A stretch of 53,548 nucleotides of DNA, counting the filler, from Diploschistes diacapsis (lineage: Eukaryota), in assembly GCA_023645945.1 (NCBI GenBank). It is 4 parts of 4 records of this genome, joined end to end, with 100 filler letters (N's around TTAATTAATTAA, not from the genome) between each part and the next. Parts side by side here need not be neighbours in the genome. Positions count along the whole stretch, not along the records: positions 13,425 to 26,747 come from JALAIB010000670.1; positions 26,848 to 40,150 come from JALAIB010000671.1; 2 more parts are not named here. One strand, given 5' to 3'. The stretch's first letter is position 1; each line of letters begins with the position of its first letter. Both the position numbers and the translations under genes were made by a program. Shown here in pieces: positions 23,985 to 35,425 of this stretch. The notes beneath the pieces are model-generated. The model saw only the letters and a list, made by a program, of their open reading frames with translations. It was not told the origin of the DNA and did not search any database.

Positions 23985-24545
23985 TTTTTATTTTAACCTT
24001 TTGGAGTTATCTGTACCGGTTATTCTGACCCTTATCTTGGCAGTATTGTAACGGAAAAGAATCAGTAGTAGCGTAATTAATGGCTGGAGCAGCAAGCAAG
24101 GCAAATACTTAGATTTCATAAGGTTTTTGCAACGCGATATGAGCAGCATTCAAGGGAGGATTCTAGGTGAGAAAAAGCGAGATTATATATTGTTTACTCT
24201 AAGTTGGAAAGTAAGTCAATTTTTATTCGATATATATAGGTTTTAGTAGTTCTATGTTATCGAGGCAACTGAGCTTAGCGCCTGTAATCTACCAAAATTA
24301 ACCGTCACCATAACCGCAGTAAGTTTAGCATTATAACAGAGGCTGATGGACAGTATTAGCCAGCAAAGGAAATGAATGCTGATATTAATGTCGCCCGGAA
24401 TCTGGTGTCTCTTAAAATATAAAATATATAAAAGGACGCTGAAAGAGTATTGCTAAGATTTATCGAGGAAATTGGTGTACTTTAAGCTCGTGCATACTAA
24501 TTGCATAGAAAATGTAATCAAGATTATCCCTTTTTATGGTAGATA
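23985..24545. other. AT-rich, TpA-rich segment, possibly a RIP-degraded relic
   Basis: Abrupt drop in GC and many TA dinucleotides (e.g. ttaaaatataaaatatataaaa) relative to flanks; origin not identifiable by eye. Confidence 0.4.
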
Positions 24546-24786
24546 GCTCGGAATTAGGTACAGCCGAGCAACCCAACTGCAAGTCTCGAGTGAGGCAGAA
24601 GAAGCTTGTCTGTGCCGTTCCCACCAAAAACCGTCTTCACCCCACCAACAATGTTCTTCTCTTCCTCCTTCGTACAAACATGAATCGCCATGTCCTTCAT
24701 CTGGTGAGCATGCTATCGTCAAGAACGAGACTGCTGCCTGCTCGACCTTCCAGATTACGCCTGGGCTATTCAGCTGAAGTATCTGG

Positions 24787-26022
24787 ATGGACATCATAAC
24801 GAACAGGTTTGGCTTGGGCATGCTTGGTTCGAGTGGTAGCGGGGACAATGTTTTTAGCTCCGAGCCAGCGGATCAAGCAGACTTCGACACCGAGTTGCAA
24901 GCTTCTCGAGTCTATGCGCGCACCAGACGGCGTACGGCACCTTCTGCCTCAAGCTCGAGCGTCCTCGGCCGCAAGCCGCGCTCTTTATCCAGCTCTGCTT
25001 CCATCTTCGAGGCGGCATCGCTGACTTCCTCGCTCACACTCCTCGACTCCAGGCGCTCTACGAATCCGAGCGAGAATACCATAATCGTCTTGCCCCAGAC
25101 AGCTGCCTCCGCCGCCGAGCACTCGGTCGACGCCGCCCTATACTCGTTCAGAACCCCTTCGATCTACTCAACCTCCAGAACGCTGACCCCTCCCACGTTC
25201 TTTCCAAACAATTCTCCCCACGAGCCTCAATACCACCGACCTCTCGACAGTCTCCCTCACCCCCTCTCGCGGCCCCTTCCGGCCGGTCCTGCGCCTTCAA
25301 TAGCCCGCATCAACTACAATAACTTCGCCGCCCAGCGTGCCCGACCGCGGCCCCTTTCCTCTCAAGCGCCGACAATAACCGACATCCAAAACCAAATCAA
25401 TTTCATCTATGCCTGCCGCTACGGCGACGTCAACACCGTCGCTGCACTCCTCTCCCAAGGCGTCGATCCCAACACCCGCGACTCCACCACCCCCTGGCCC
25501 TGGTCCGAGCACGGCGCCGCAGCCATCCACATCGCCACGATGAAGGGGCACTACGATGTCGTACGCATCCTGCTGCATCACGGTGCTCGTGCAGACGAGC
25601 CCTTTCGCGGTTTCCGCCGGCCGCTGCACGAGGCGGTGCGGCGCGGGGACTCTTCGCTCACGGTGCTGTTGCTCGACAACGGTGCCGCGGTAGATGCGCG
25701 CGACGAGAGCGGGTATCAGCCTCTGCACGTAGCGTGCATGGAGGAACAAGTCACATGTGCGAAGCTGCTGTTGTTTGCCGGCGCGCCGGTCAATGTGGTG
25801 GGCAACGACTTTCTGACGCCGCTGCACCTCGTTGCGACGGTGAACGGGAGCATGGAGCTCGTGGAGCTGCTGGTGAGCAACGGTGCGGATGTCAGGGTCC
25901 GAACGAGGTGGTTGTTGGGAAATAAGCTGGCGAGAGAGATTGCGAGGGAGAAGGGGTACGAGGAGGTGGAGGCGAGACTGGCAGAGCTTGAAGAGGGGAT
26001 CGAGCAGGATCGAGCAGGGTGA
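24787..26022 (+). CDS. Ankyrin-repeat protein (about 5 repeats), possibly 5'-truncated
   Basis: Repeats AIHIATMKGHYDVVRILLHHGA, RPLHEAVRRGD, QPLHVACMEEQ, TPLHLVATVNGSMELVELLVSNGAD; N-terminal DFDTELQASRVYAR motif. Confidence 0.85.
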   Translation: MDIITNRFGLGMLGSSGSGDNVFSSEPADQADFDTELQASRVYARTRRRTAPSASSSSVLGRKPRSLSSSASIFEAASLTSSLTLLDSRRSTNPSENTIIVLPQTAASAAEHSVDAALYSFRTPSIYSTSRTLTPPTFFPNNSPHEPQYHRPLDSLPHPLSRPLPAGPAPSIARINYNNFAAQRARPRPLSSQAPTITDIQNQINFIYACRYGDVNTVAALLSQGVDPNTRDSTTPWPWSEHGAAAIHIATMKGHYDVVRILLHHGARADEPFRGFRRPLHEAVRRGDSSLTVLLLDNGAAVDARDESGYQPLHVACMEEQVTCAKLLLFAGAPVNVVGNDFLTPLHLVATVNGSMELVELLVSNGADVRVRTRWLLGNKLAREIAREKGYEEVEARLAELEEGIEQDRAG

Positions 26023-26536
26023 GATACTGCATAGAGGTGGGCAGGGGCATGATGGCATGGTGTTATGGAGTGGGCTCCGGCTGGATATGTAGATGTTGTT
26101 TAGACTTTGAGATGTCAATATTGAAATGTCAAACTGCTTTGCAAACTCCCATTTTCCTCCACCAAATCTTCCCGGCTACGGGCTTATGGTCTCTTCCACA
26201 CGGAACCCGGGACTTCCTCCGTGAGGGCCCAAGTGACAACTTGTCAATCCACTTTGTGATACTATGCCGTACCGTTTTCGGTCGACGTGTGAGCATCATC
26301 GCATGCAGACAGACAAAGGATACGAAGCCGGCAGTCTTGTACACCGTGCCAAAACCCGAGCCCAAGGCCCAACGTAGAAATCTGGATAAATAACCATTGA
26401 CGCAACAACGCTATGCACGCCGCCATACCGAAATCGAACGGCCTTGCTTCTTCTCCATGCAACCAACACGCGTTCTTCTTCCCCACCACGGACCGCACAG
26501 CACAGCGCGCTCCGAAATCCCCCTGCAACTCAGGAC

Positions 26537-26747
26537 TCAACACGACGCAGCCACCACCTCGCGCGGCCCACTGGTCCCTCGATACAGCCAAAACTGCGCG
26601 AAAACGCCCAAGTCCAGCAGAAACGTCCCCGCGCTGCCGAAGATCCAGCTCAGGTTCACGAGCACGTACTTGCCGTACTGCGCCGCCCACTCGCCCTCCG
26701 CGCACAATCCCCCCACGTCTCCTCCTCCTCCTCCTCCTCCTCCTCCT
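26537..26747 (-). CDS. 3' end of a PQ-loop vacuolar basic amino-acid transporter (Ypq/PQLC2-like); remainder lies in the gap
   Basis: Minus-strand frame absent from the ORF track reads poly-Gly-DVGGLCAEGEWAAQYGKYVLVNLSWIFGSAGTFLLDLGVFAQFWLYRGTSGPREVVAASC-stop; NLxWxxGSxGTxxLDxxxFxQFxxY is the typical last TM of Ypq-type proteins; the (CCT)n run before the gap encodes the Gly tract. Confidence 0.8.
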
Positions 26748-26847
26748 NNNNNNNNNNNNNNNNNNNNNNNNNNNNNNNNNNNNNNNNNNNNTTAATTAAT
26801 TAANNNNNNNNNNNNNNNNNNNNNNNNNNNNNNNNNNNNNNNNNNNN
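26748..26847. other. Assembly gap with artificial linker; true size is probably much larger because most of the PQ-loop gene is missing
   Basis: N44-TTAATTAATTAA-N44; no PQ-loop N-terminus found right of the gap. Confidence 0.95.
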
Positions 26848-29800
26848 CCCCTCATCCAGAGAACACGCCGCTATGCGTGAAAAACGCTATCCAACGACGA
26901 AAAAAGTCGTCGAACACGGGACGTCGTTCCTCATCATCCCCGTCTCGCGCGGGGCTGAAGCGGGAATTGTCCACGGAGCAAGAGTTACCCAAATACCCCG
27001 ATCAGCGGCTCGCTTGGAACGCCAAGGGGCGCAAAATCGGTAACGTATCTCTCTGGCTACTACTGCGCATTGTATTTTCGACTGCCCCTTGAGAACGAGC
27101 CCCATGCTGGAGACATCCGAGTATGGGCTTAGGGGCCTGGGTTCGCTGCTGCAATGGCTTGCTAAGGCGAGCAAGTACTAGGAGAAACGGAGACTGGAAA
27201 ATAAAAATACCGCCGAAGCACACGCTTGAAACATGTTTGAAGAGTATTTATTTATTTATTTGGTCATGAATCGCGGCAGCTCTGGGCCAAGGTTGTGTTA
27301 ATAGCTGCAACAAAGATTTTGTATAGAGACGGGCAACTAATACTATATCCAGTACCCGCATTTGAAACCGATACTTCGAACGAGAGCTTCCGAGTGACTG
27401 TCTAGAATAGGATGCCGAGTTTACCATGGGAACTATGGAACCATGCCGCCCCCCGCCCCCCCTTACTTAGGGCGAAAAGGATAAAATCAATAATGCGAAA
27501 ATTTTCTAGCGTCCAGCACTATTCTGCATGGAGCAGTTTCAATGTTCGAGCAGGGTGCTTGCAGATTGGTCGCCTTTTGAGCACGATGCTTAATCTTCGC
27601 TTCGTGGAACACAGCGGTCCCGCTAGTTAGAGTCGTCCTCATATCGTAGGGATCCGAACGCCCCAAAATTCATCGAGGATCGAGGGGAAGTTGTGGCTGT
27701 CCATACAAAAGTTCCTTCCAGTGTTTCAAAATGCTCTGATCCATATATAGGGCCCACACGACTGTCCACGGCGATTAAGATCGTTCACGGCGAAGTCTTT
27801 TGGTCTTTACATCTTTACACTTCTTTGTTCGCATTGCGCGGGGTGGGTGTGCACATAGACTTCGGATTTAGAGTCTCGGCGTAGATTGGTTGTAAAAGAG
27901 GCTTGCGGCATAGACCCCCCCGATATGGAATTCGAGGTTGTTTGGCGCGCCAGAGAAAGTGTTTGAGGTTGTAGTAACTTCGTCCAAGGCCCGGGATAGG
28001 ATAATAGGGGGCTTATGAAGTTCCATAAGCATCCAGAAGACGGCCGGAATGGAATCAGCATTCTGCCTGGGCAGTTTATTTAGACTATCGTCAAGAACAA
28101 ATGGCCGTTATGCTTAAAACTCAAGACATAATAAAAAAAAACATTGAGAATAGAAGATGCATATGACGCCCATGACAATCCCTAGGTCTTGAGATGCTAA
28201 CGCATTTACATCCAGCGAATCAAATTGGAGAAGGAAAGCTTTGTCCTGTTTGGGTAAAGATATGCCATTCTCTAACGGAAGTAAAGCAACTTTACCGCGG
28301 TTTGTCCAAGCCGCTGACTGAGCCAGCGCGGTAGAAGATTTGCAACAAAAGAGAAGAAGTCAGGAAAACTCAACCCATGCCTGGCCAATTCCAGATTGCA
28401 AGATTCGGTCGCGAAGTAGATTCGTGAAAAACGGTATGCGATATGGTGCAAATCCTGGGCCATTGAAGAAACCCCAGGTATTCTTCCGGCTGTGATAATA
28501 GTATCGATCCTTGAAGGCGATTTTGCCTTCAGGATGAGGCTCCCGGATTGATTCCCGAGTCGTCTGTGTAGCACACTTTCATAGGTTTATCGACCGAATT
28601 GAAAAACTTTCTCGAGGGAAAACACGTCATTTCTCTAGCCTGGAGTACTTTAGATCTCCGTACAGCGGCTATGTTCTCTGAATTATAACAAAAGTAAGGT
28701 TCTTGTTAAACAGCTTCACTCGAACCGGACCCGATGGGAATCTCTTCCTACTAAGAAGTATCAACTTTGTACTACGGTAAATGAAATTTTCTTCCGTCTC
28801 AGATTACCCAGTAAGCTCAACCAAAACCGAGGTATTCCAAAGGAATGAAAGGCGTGCCCAATACAGAAATTCAGCAGGGGGAAAGTTGGAACAATCTTGT
28901 CCCTCCCCTCAAGGTGTATCCGTCTGAAGGCATTGTAGGAGGTGGTGCGATAGGCTAAGAAGAATGGGTAGAGTAATTAGTAGAAGTACGCAAAATGGAA
29001 AAAAACTCAATGAAATTAGATAGTGTCATACCGTTCAACGTGCTCTGGACCCACTAGAATGGGAAGGAGAAGATGAACTTGAGCTTTCCTTTCAGCGTTG
29101 CCATCTCTGTTGCCTTACTGCAGCCAACGCGGCAATGACCGGCCGGCGCTTGTTAATGACCAGACAGCTAGCGCACCGTAAAAGGTTGAGCTCGCAGCTG
29201 TATCTATTTAATGAATAGGTTGACTTCTCTCGGGATAGAGAAAAGGCCAGGCCGTCTCTTGAATGCAAGTATTGCCGCTGGGTGCGATACTATACTTAGC
29301 TATCAAGGACCTTGATACTGTTGAGTGCAAAAGCAGTGTAGTCATCTGGTGTGCTCAGCTCCATGAAATAGTCTGCGGCCCCGTCTACAGTCCACTTTAG
29401 AAGAAGGTGCTCGAGGCTAGGTAGACGCTGCAGGTTAGTTTCCAACAACCCAAAAGCGAGATATCTTCTGCTGTCTTTTCGAATGAGGCAACTTGAGGGC
29501 AGTACTGTAACATTGTGAGACTTATACTAAGAAGCCATACAAGCGCACCAGAGAGAGTGGTATGATAGTCTGCCTCAATTCTGCGAATATGCAGGTGCCG
29601 TACATAAGCAGGGCTATATATTCACGCGTTTATCATGATCGCAGACTGACCAAAAAGCCTCACCCCAGAAAAATCATAGTTTCATAGGCCAGAGGTGAAG
29701 GTTGAAGATACACAGAATTTTTATGGTGATTTGTATGAGCACATAGGTACCTGTCAAGGTTCTAAATAGACACGAAACTTAACATCATGCTTGTATGAAG

Positions 29801-29950
29801 CTCTTTCTCACCATCACCCCGCTTGATTAATACCGATAGTCGTCCAGACTTCTCGACAGACTACCATCGCTTGCGAGAGCTGTTTCAGACTCAGCCAACG
29901 CAAGCTCAACATTGATAAAATTGAGGTACAGATGGTCACAGTCGCACATA

Positions 29951-31075
29951 TCATCGTGATAGAGATTGCTTCCTATATGCTTCGCGTAAGCCCGTCAACT
30001 CGGTTAAGTTAGTTGTTGCCATCTTGAGATTTAATGGTCCATTCTGCACAACGATTTCAGTTGTATAGTTGCAATAACCTGGGGAGCTGCTGTAGAAAGG
30101 AAAGGAACTCCACTCTCTATCACTGATGCCCCTCGACCTGCTTGGAAGTAGAATGAGAGGTAGTATAATTTCTGTACTCTTCATTAGCATTGGCTTTAAA
30201 GCGTGAAAGCCTTTTAGTGTGCGTACAATATTCCTCGACATGGAGATAAAGAATAAAGTCAAAGCCCTAAAAAAAACTGTACATTGTCGTAGCATCCGTG
30301 GTGAATTCGTCGCTGCATCACCAAGCCATCATTGGGAAACACAAAAGGCTGTTAATAAAGTAGTAAATCCAATAAAAGGCCGATAATTTGACTTGAATCC
30401 CACAGGTACTGATTATCAGCCCGCTGTAAAGCAAGGAACAGGCAAGCATACAGCACCGAGCAGCAAGGTAGCCCCAAGCAGATCCAATTGTTTCAATATA
30501 TCGGCCACTGACAGCTTCCTTACAGGTCCATTTTTGCCCTTTAGGCTAAGACCTATGAGCACCAGAATGAATATCCACAGCACCAATTAGTAGGTTGCTA
30601 TACCTTTTAGCGAACAGACACAACTGAAAAATAAGAACTGCAAACATCTAAAGGCACCATCTCCAACTAAGGCTCCCCGTCAGAACTCTGCCCGTGACAG
30701 AGCTAAAGCAAGCACATATACCAAAAGAACTGACCACAAGCGCGGTGTAAAAAGGTCGTTTCTCAAGGACGGAGTTGTATGTGATAACAGTTATTGTTCC
30801 TTTCCACTGGCCGCAGCTCTGGTACCAGCTACAGCTCGTCCTAACATAAGAACCTCAGAGTTGGGTGCAGCAGCACATAGCGTTGACCCGACTACAGAAG
30901 ATTCAGAATATTAGCAACTTGAAATCCCTCTTGTTCGGGTGAGAGGAAGCATCTAAGAGATATACCAAAACATACCTTAGACTATTATTGACACCCAGAT
31001 ACACAAGCTTGAGATTGAAGCGCTTGTTGATTGTACCGCCAGCAGGCTGAAGTGCAGTTTTCAATGCGCGGAATT
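29951..31075 (-). pseudogene. Degenerate DHA2-type (14-TM) MFS drug/toxin efflux transporter
   Basis: Fragments TALQPAGGTINKRFNLKLVYL, [intron] GSTLCAAAPNSEVLMLGRAVAG, EKRPFYTALVVSSFGI, SWRWCL*, KQLDLLGATLLLGAV, LFLALQ...WDSSQIIGL, Q*WLGDAATNSPRMLRQ; several frameshifts and stops. Confidence 0.85.
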
Positions 31076-31196
31076 GAGAAAAGGTTGCAGTTTTGTCGAG
31101 TCTTTGTTTCTTGTCCTGCTAGAAAAGACGCCCGAAGTATATATCTATGAGTCTTTGCCGTCACGATTCAGTGACGCAAACCAATGCATTATCAAA

Positions 31197-32845
31197 ATGA
31201 AAGCCAACACAGTGTGGTTTTCAATCATACGACCTTTGTATTTTCCACAATAGTCACCGCTTCAGCAAGTCTTTTTCGACTTCTGTTCAAACTCTACAAC
31301 GCTCGCAGAAGGATGATCCTACTTAAAACCCCAGCAGATTAGTACGTGTCATTTATTTGCCTCTCTATCTAAAGTTATTTAACAGGCCCCAAGCCAAAGC
31401 CACCATATAACTCGATTTTAGCCATCTTATCTTTGCTTGTCAGATTACTTCCAAGCTACCTCGAGATGCTCATCCAGGTTATATGCTAGATATAATCCGT
31501 CGGATGATGCCAGAGCTTGGCCCTATTTTCTATCTACTACCTGGCCGTTCGGCCCTCAGATGCTTACTACTGCTGCCTTTCCCTCAAAACCCTATATCAA
31601 ATCACTCAAGAACGCTCTCTTCCTAGGTGCCATGCCATGGAAAGGCTCTGAAGCCTAGCGCAGATGGGCGAGATATCGTTAGTATGGAAGGTCCAGCGTG
31701 GAAGAAATGGAGAGGCGTTTTTAACCTGGGTTTTATAGAGTATGAATCTATTGAGGACCTTAGCCTCCAGCACAGTGAATGAGAAGTCCAAATTCCGTGA
31801 CTCTCTGGACGTCCGTATGGCACATGGAGGTTGACATCCTAGTCAAGGTAGAGACGTACAGCTCGATTCACAGATTAGAAGCAATCAATTCGTCGATGGG
31901 CTACGCATACAAATCCGGTGGTTGGCGTTTGGAGGGGATGTTGATCCGCTTGAACAGTACAATCCCCTGCGCCCTTTTTGTCCATTGGTACAGTAAATGG
32001 CGGATGGTCTCCTGTATCTCGAAGTATCTAGATCAATGCCTGAAGAGTTTTCAAGACATGTCTGGAACCAAGTCGGTCATTGTTGCGTTGGCGTCTTATC
32101 GTTCAGATAATGATAGCAAAAGACTAGACGGGGGTACTGATGCTACATCCAGAGTTTCTCACCGAGTCAAGTTAATTATTCCTTTTTCTGGCCATGACAC
32201 GACCAGCAGATCGGTCTGCTATCTTTTTTATGCTCTAGCCAATAACACTACAGCACGAACTCGGATGCGGGCCGAGCATAACTAGGTCTTCCGGTCTAAG
32301 GTCAAAGAAGTTTTCTTCTTTGATCAAAACCGACCCAACAATACTGAACCGCCTACCGTACACTGTTGCAATTATCAAAAGAAACGCTTCGTTTATACCT
32401 GCTGTATCGAGCCCCCAAGCTGGAGAGCCAGGCTTTGGTGTCACCGACGATCATGGCCGGCAATATCCTACTGATGGATTCCTAGTCTGGGCGAATACAG
32501 AAACCATACACCGAGATCCGCGGTACTGACCAGAGCCCGATAGATTCATGCCAGACCGTTGGCTTATGCCAGCAACACATGATAGGCATCCCGTTAAAGG
32601 CGCATATCAACCATTTGAGCATGGGCCTCGGAATTGCATTGGCCAAGAGTTGGTCAGGATGGAAACGAAAACCATTCTGATTATGACAGTACGTAGGTTT
32701 AACGTCGGAACTGCGTATGAGTGAGCTGGACCGGCGAGGATCAAGCAGCAGACTCAAGACCGTATACGGTAAGAGGGAATATCAGATTCAACGAGCTCAG
32801 CCAAGTGGAGGCCTTCCATGTCGTGTAATGAGGATTACTGGCTAG
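31197..32845 (+). pseudogene. Degenerate cytochrome P450 (secondary-metabolism type, resembles StcS/VerA-like P450s)
   Basis: LPRDAHPGY...TWPFGPQML, WKKWRGVFNLGF, I-helix FSGHDTTS, K-helix IK/ETLRLYP broken by a +1 frameshift, HRDPRY*PEPDRFMPDRW, heme loop PFEHGPRNCIGQEL (32611-32652); multiple indels and stops. Confidence 0.9.
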
Positions 32846-33479
32846 CCACGGGCTAAATCTCGGTACAATTCAAACTTGAAGATAGTCTTGTTGAATCCTT
32901 ATGTAGTACGCCGTATTTGTATTTGTATTTGTCGAGAACAACAAGGGAAGGAACTGGACATTTATTTCACTTGGCTGATACATTCGATTACATAATTTCA
33001 TAATGATGGAACCATCGAATAATTTCGCGCCTGGACAAACTGGATCTACCAGGATAACAAGAACGGTGTTAAATGGATACTTGCATTTCAAAGACTACAT
33101 GGTGCTCTACCCTGAGAAACAGATTTCACAGCATAGATATGGCAACCCGAACAATGCAGTACGTAATAAAACTTTGACGATAAATATCCACGACATAAAT
33201 GTAAGCAAGTCCAGAACAGGGCCGTTTATGCTGGAAATGAAAGCACCCTTTGGACAAAGTCGATCTCCCTAGGAGAGCCTAAGTGGCTTTGGCACTTCTC
33301 CGTATTCTGTGGCACATGAAGCCATGATCTGGCTTGTCGGTTGAACCAAGGCTTCACCCCGACCGAGCAGAGTCCTGACGCCCGTCAGAGTTGCCAACGG
33401 CATTGAAATGTCGTCTAGAATTTCAGATCCCCAGTGTTTAGTCTCTTATCTTTGTTAAACAGCCTTGGTATAGAAGCCT

Positions 33480-34511
33480 GCCAAGGACTGGTCTTTCTCC
33501 GGGTAGTCCCAACGGAAACGGAACGGAAGGCGGTCAAGGATATCGTGGTAACAGCTGCACAGGCTTCGAGCTGTTGCCTCAAATAGATCTAAGAGTTATC
33601 AAAAAATTCCGTAATAGTTAATTCCAGAAACCCTTATGATCGCTAAGTCGACCATGACAATGCTGAGACACAGAAATATACCAAGTCCCAAGCTTCTAAT
33701 GAGGTCTGATCTGCACCATCCACAGCAACGATATTGGGATAACGAGTACTCCATAGAAATTAGAATGCTGACCAAGGCGAAAAGGAATATGACCAACTCA
33801 ATATGTCCGTCGTAATATCCAAACTAATTACTGTAGCTCCAATTGCCAAAGACTTGTTCATTTGATCGCTGGCGGAGCATTCAACCAAATCAAGATTCAG
33901 TAAATCATCGCTTAAGTAATGATTAAAGACTTACCAGCAGAAAGCCTCGGGATAGAGACAGGGTATGAATACGTCGAACAATGTAAAGAGGAAGACGAGG
34001 GCGGTTGTTATGCCAACTACTTTCCAGTATAGTTGCATAAGCGGCAAACGATCAACAAGACCCCGGAAGAACGCAAGAAATGCAAACTTGACGAAGAATA
34101 TTGAACTCCAAGTTACGGATAGATAGCTCCAGCTGATTCTCTCGTAGAAACCCACTTGCGACCCAAACTCGGACACGTCAACACCTAAGATGATAGTATC
34201 GTCGATGCGGTTAAGTTCCAGCTCTTCAATATAATAGATGGCCGAACTTTCCACATAAAGGGTGACAGTCCCCGGCAATAAAGAAGACACAAGCGAATAT
34301 TAGCAGAATATCGTCGAGGTGTGGCCCTTTTCAAGATGGTAAAAGAGCGAAAAGTCGACCAATGGTTGTCAGGATCGCGATGCCGAACATTATGCCATTT
34401 ACGATCTTTTACGGTCAGTGTTCGAAGACTAGATATTGTGCAGATGAAAGGAGAGTCACTTACCTTGAAAGGAAGCACCGTAACTCTCCCCAGAATCAGA
34501 CTACTAGCCAT
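33480..34511 (-). pseudogene. Degenerate second PTH11-like membrane protein gene
   Basis: MASSLILGRVTVLPFK|GTAAGT first exon; WSSIFFVKFAFLAFFRGLVDRL; LDITTDIL; QIRPH*KL(frameshift)GLGIFLCLSIVM; DNS*IYLRQQLEACAAV. Confidence 0.8.
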
Positions 34512-35425
34512 TTCGAATCTGGGTGAACAGTGCCAGGGTCAACGAGAACAACTATGCGGGTTTCTTCACCAGTGAAGGCTGGCCTGGGTACTTGAACCAA
34601 GTGCTGGACGCTGGATCATCTTCATCTTTCGACTCAGTCCAGTCGGCCATCTCACTTCTTGAATGCATAGCCTTATCTTGCTTGCCTAGTCATTCAACAC
34701 AGACGGTCTGATGCGAAACGAGAGGCTTGGAGCACCAGCCGTACGCCGGTAGGATAACAAAAACACCAGAATCACAAAGTTTGCCTCTCTTAGTTGTGTG
34801 AAGGAGACGCGGCATGAACATAAAGGAGACAAAAACTTTTAAACCCTCCTCCATTTTCGGGGCAGGGCACCGCAGAACGCTAACATGGGCTACCACCATT
34901 GCTCGAAGCTTTGCCGCTGAGCAGAGATCTTCTGATGTCCCTAGCATTACACACGCACGATGATTCGTCTTTAGCGATGCGAGTCTATATTTCGATAAAA
35001 AGTTTGGCCGATTTCCGCTCCTCCGTCACGGAGGCAGGGGCATGAGACAGTGTTTGCGTCGGCATGGGCCTGTTGCAATATATACTTATGGTACAGGCCG
35101 CTCTAGAAGTTGCTGGTAGCAGTTCTGTCGGCAGCGAGGCAGAGGTAGACGAGCACGCCCTAGGATTAGACGTTATGGTGCGAGCTTGGTTCGGCATCCC
35201 TCGGTTCTCTTTTTGGTTCTGGACTCCTGGCAAGGCGAACGAAGAGTGTCTTCTGCCATGTAGATGAGTCTCCGTTACAGTATGCAAGCAAATACGGTGC
35301 AACGTCAGCAAAAACACGAGATGCAGGTAGAGGGCAAAGCTTTTGTACAACCAGTTCAGCTCTCAATACCGATCCTCTGTCATCTACATCCGCGATCATC
35401 CTTCCTATACCATCTCTCCTTCACC

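Noticed and set aside
28270..29600. Possible additional decayed gene (e.g. minus-strand LQRLPSLEHLLL)
   Set aside because: Fragments too short and interrupted to assign by eye; needs a translated search
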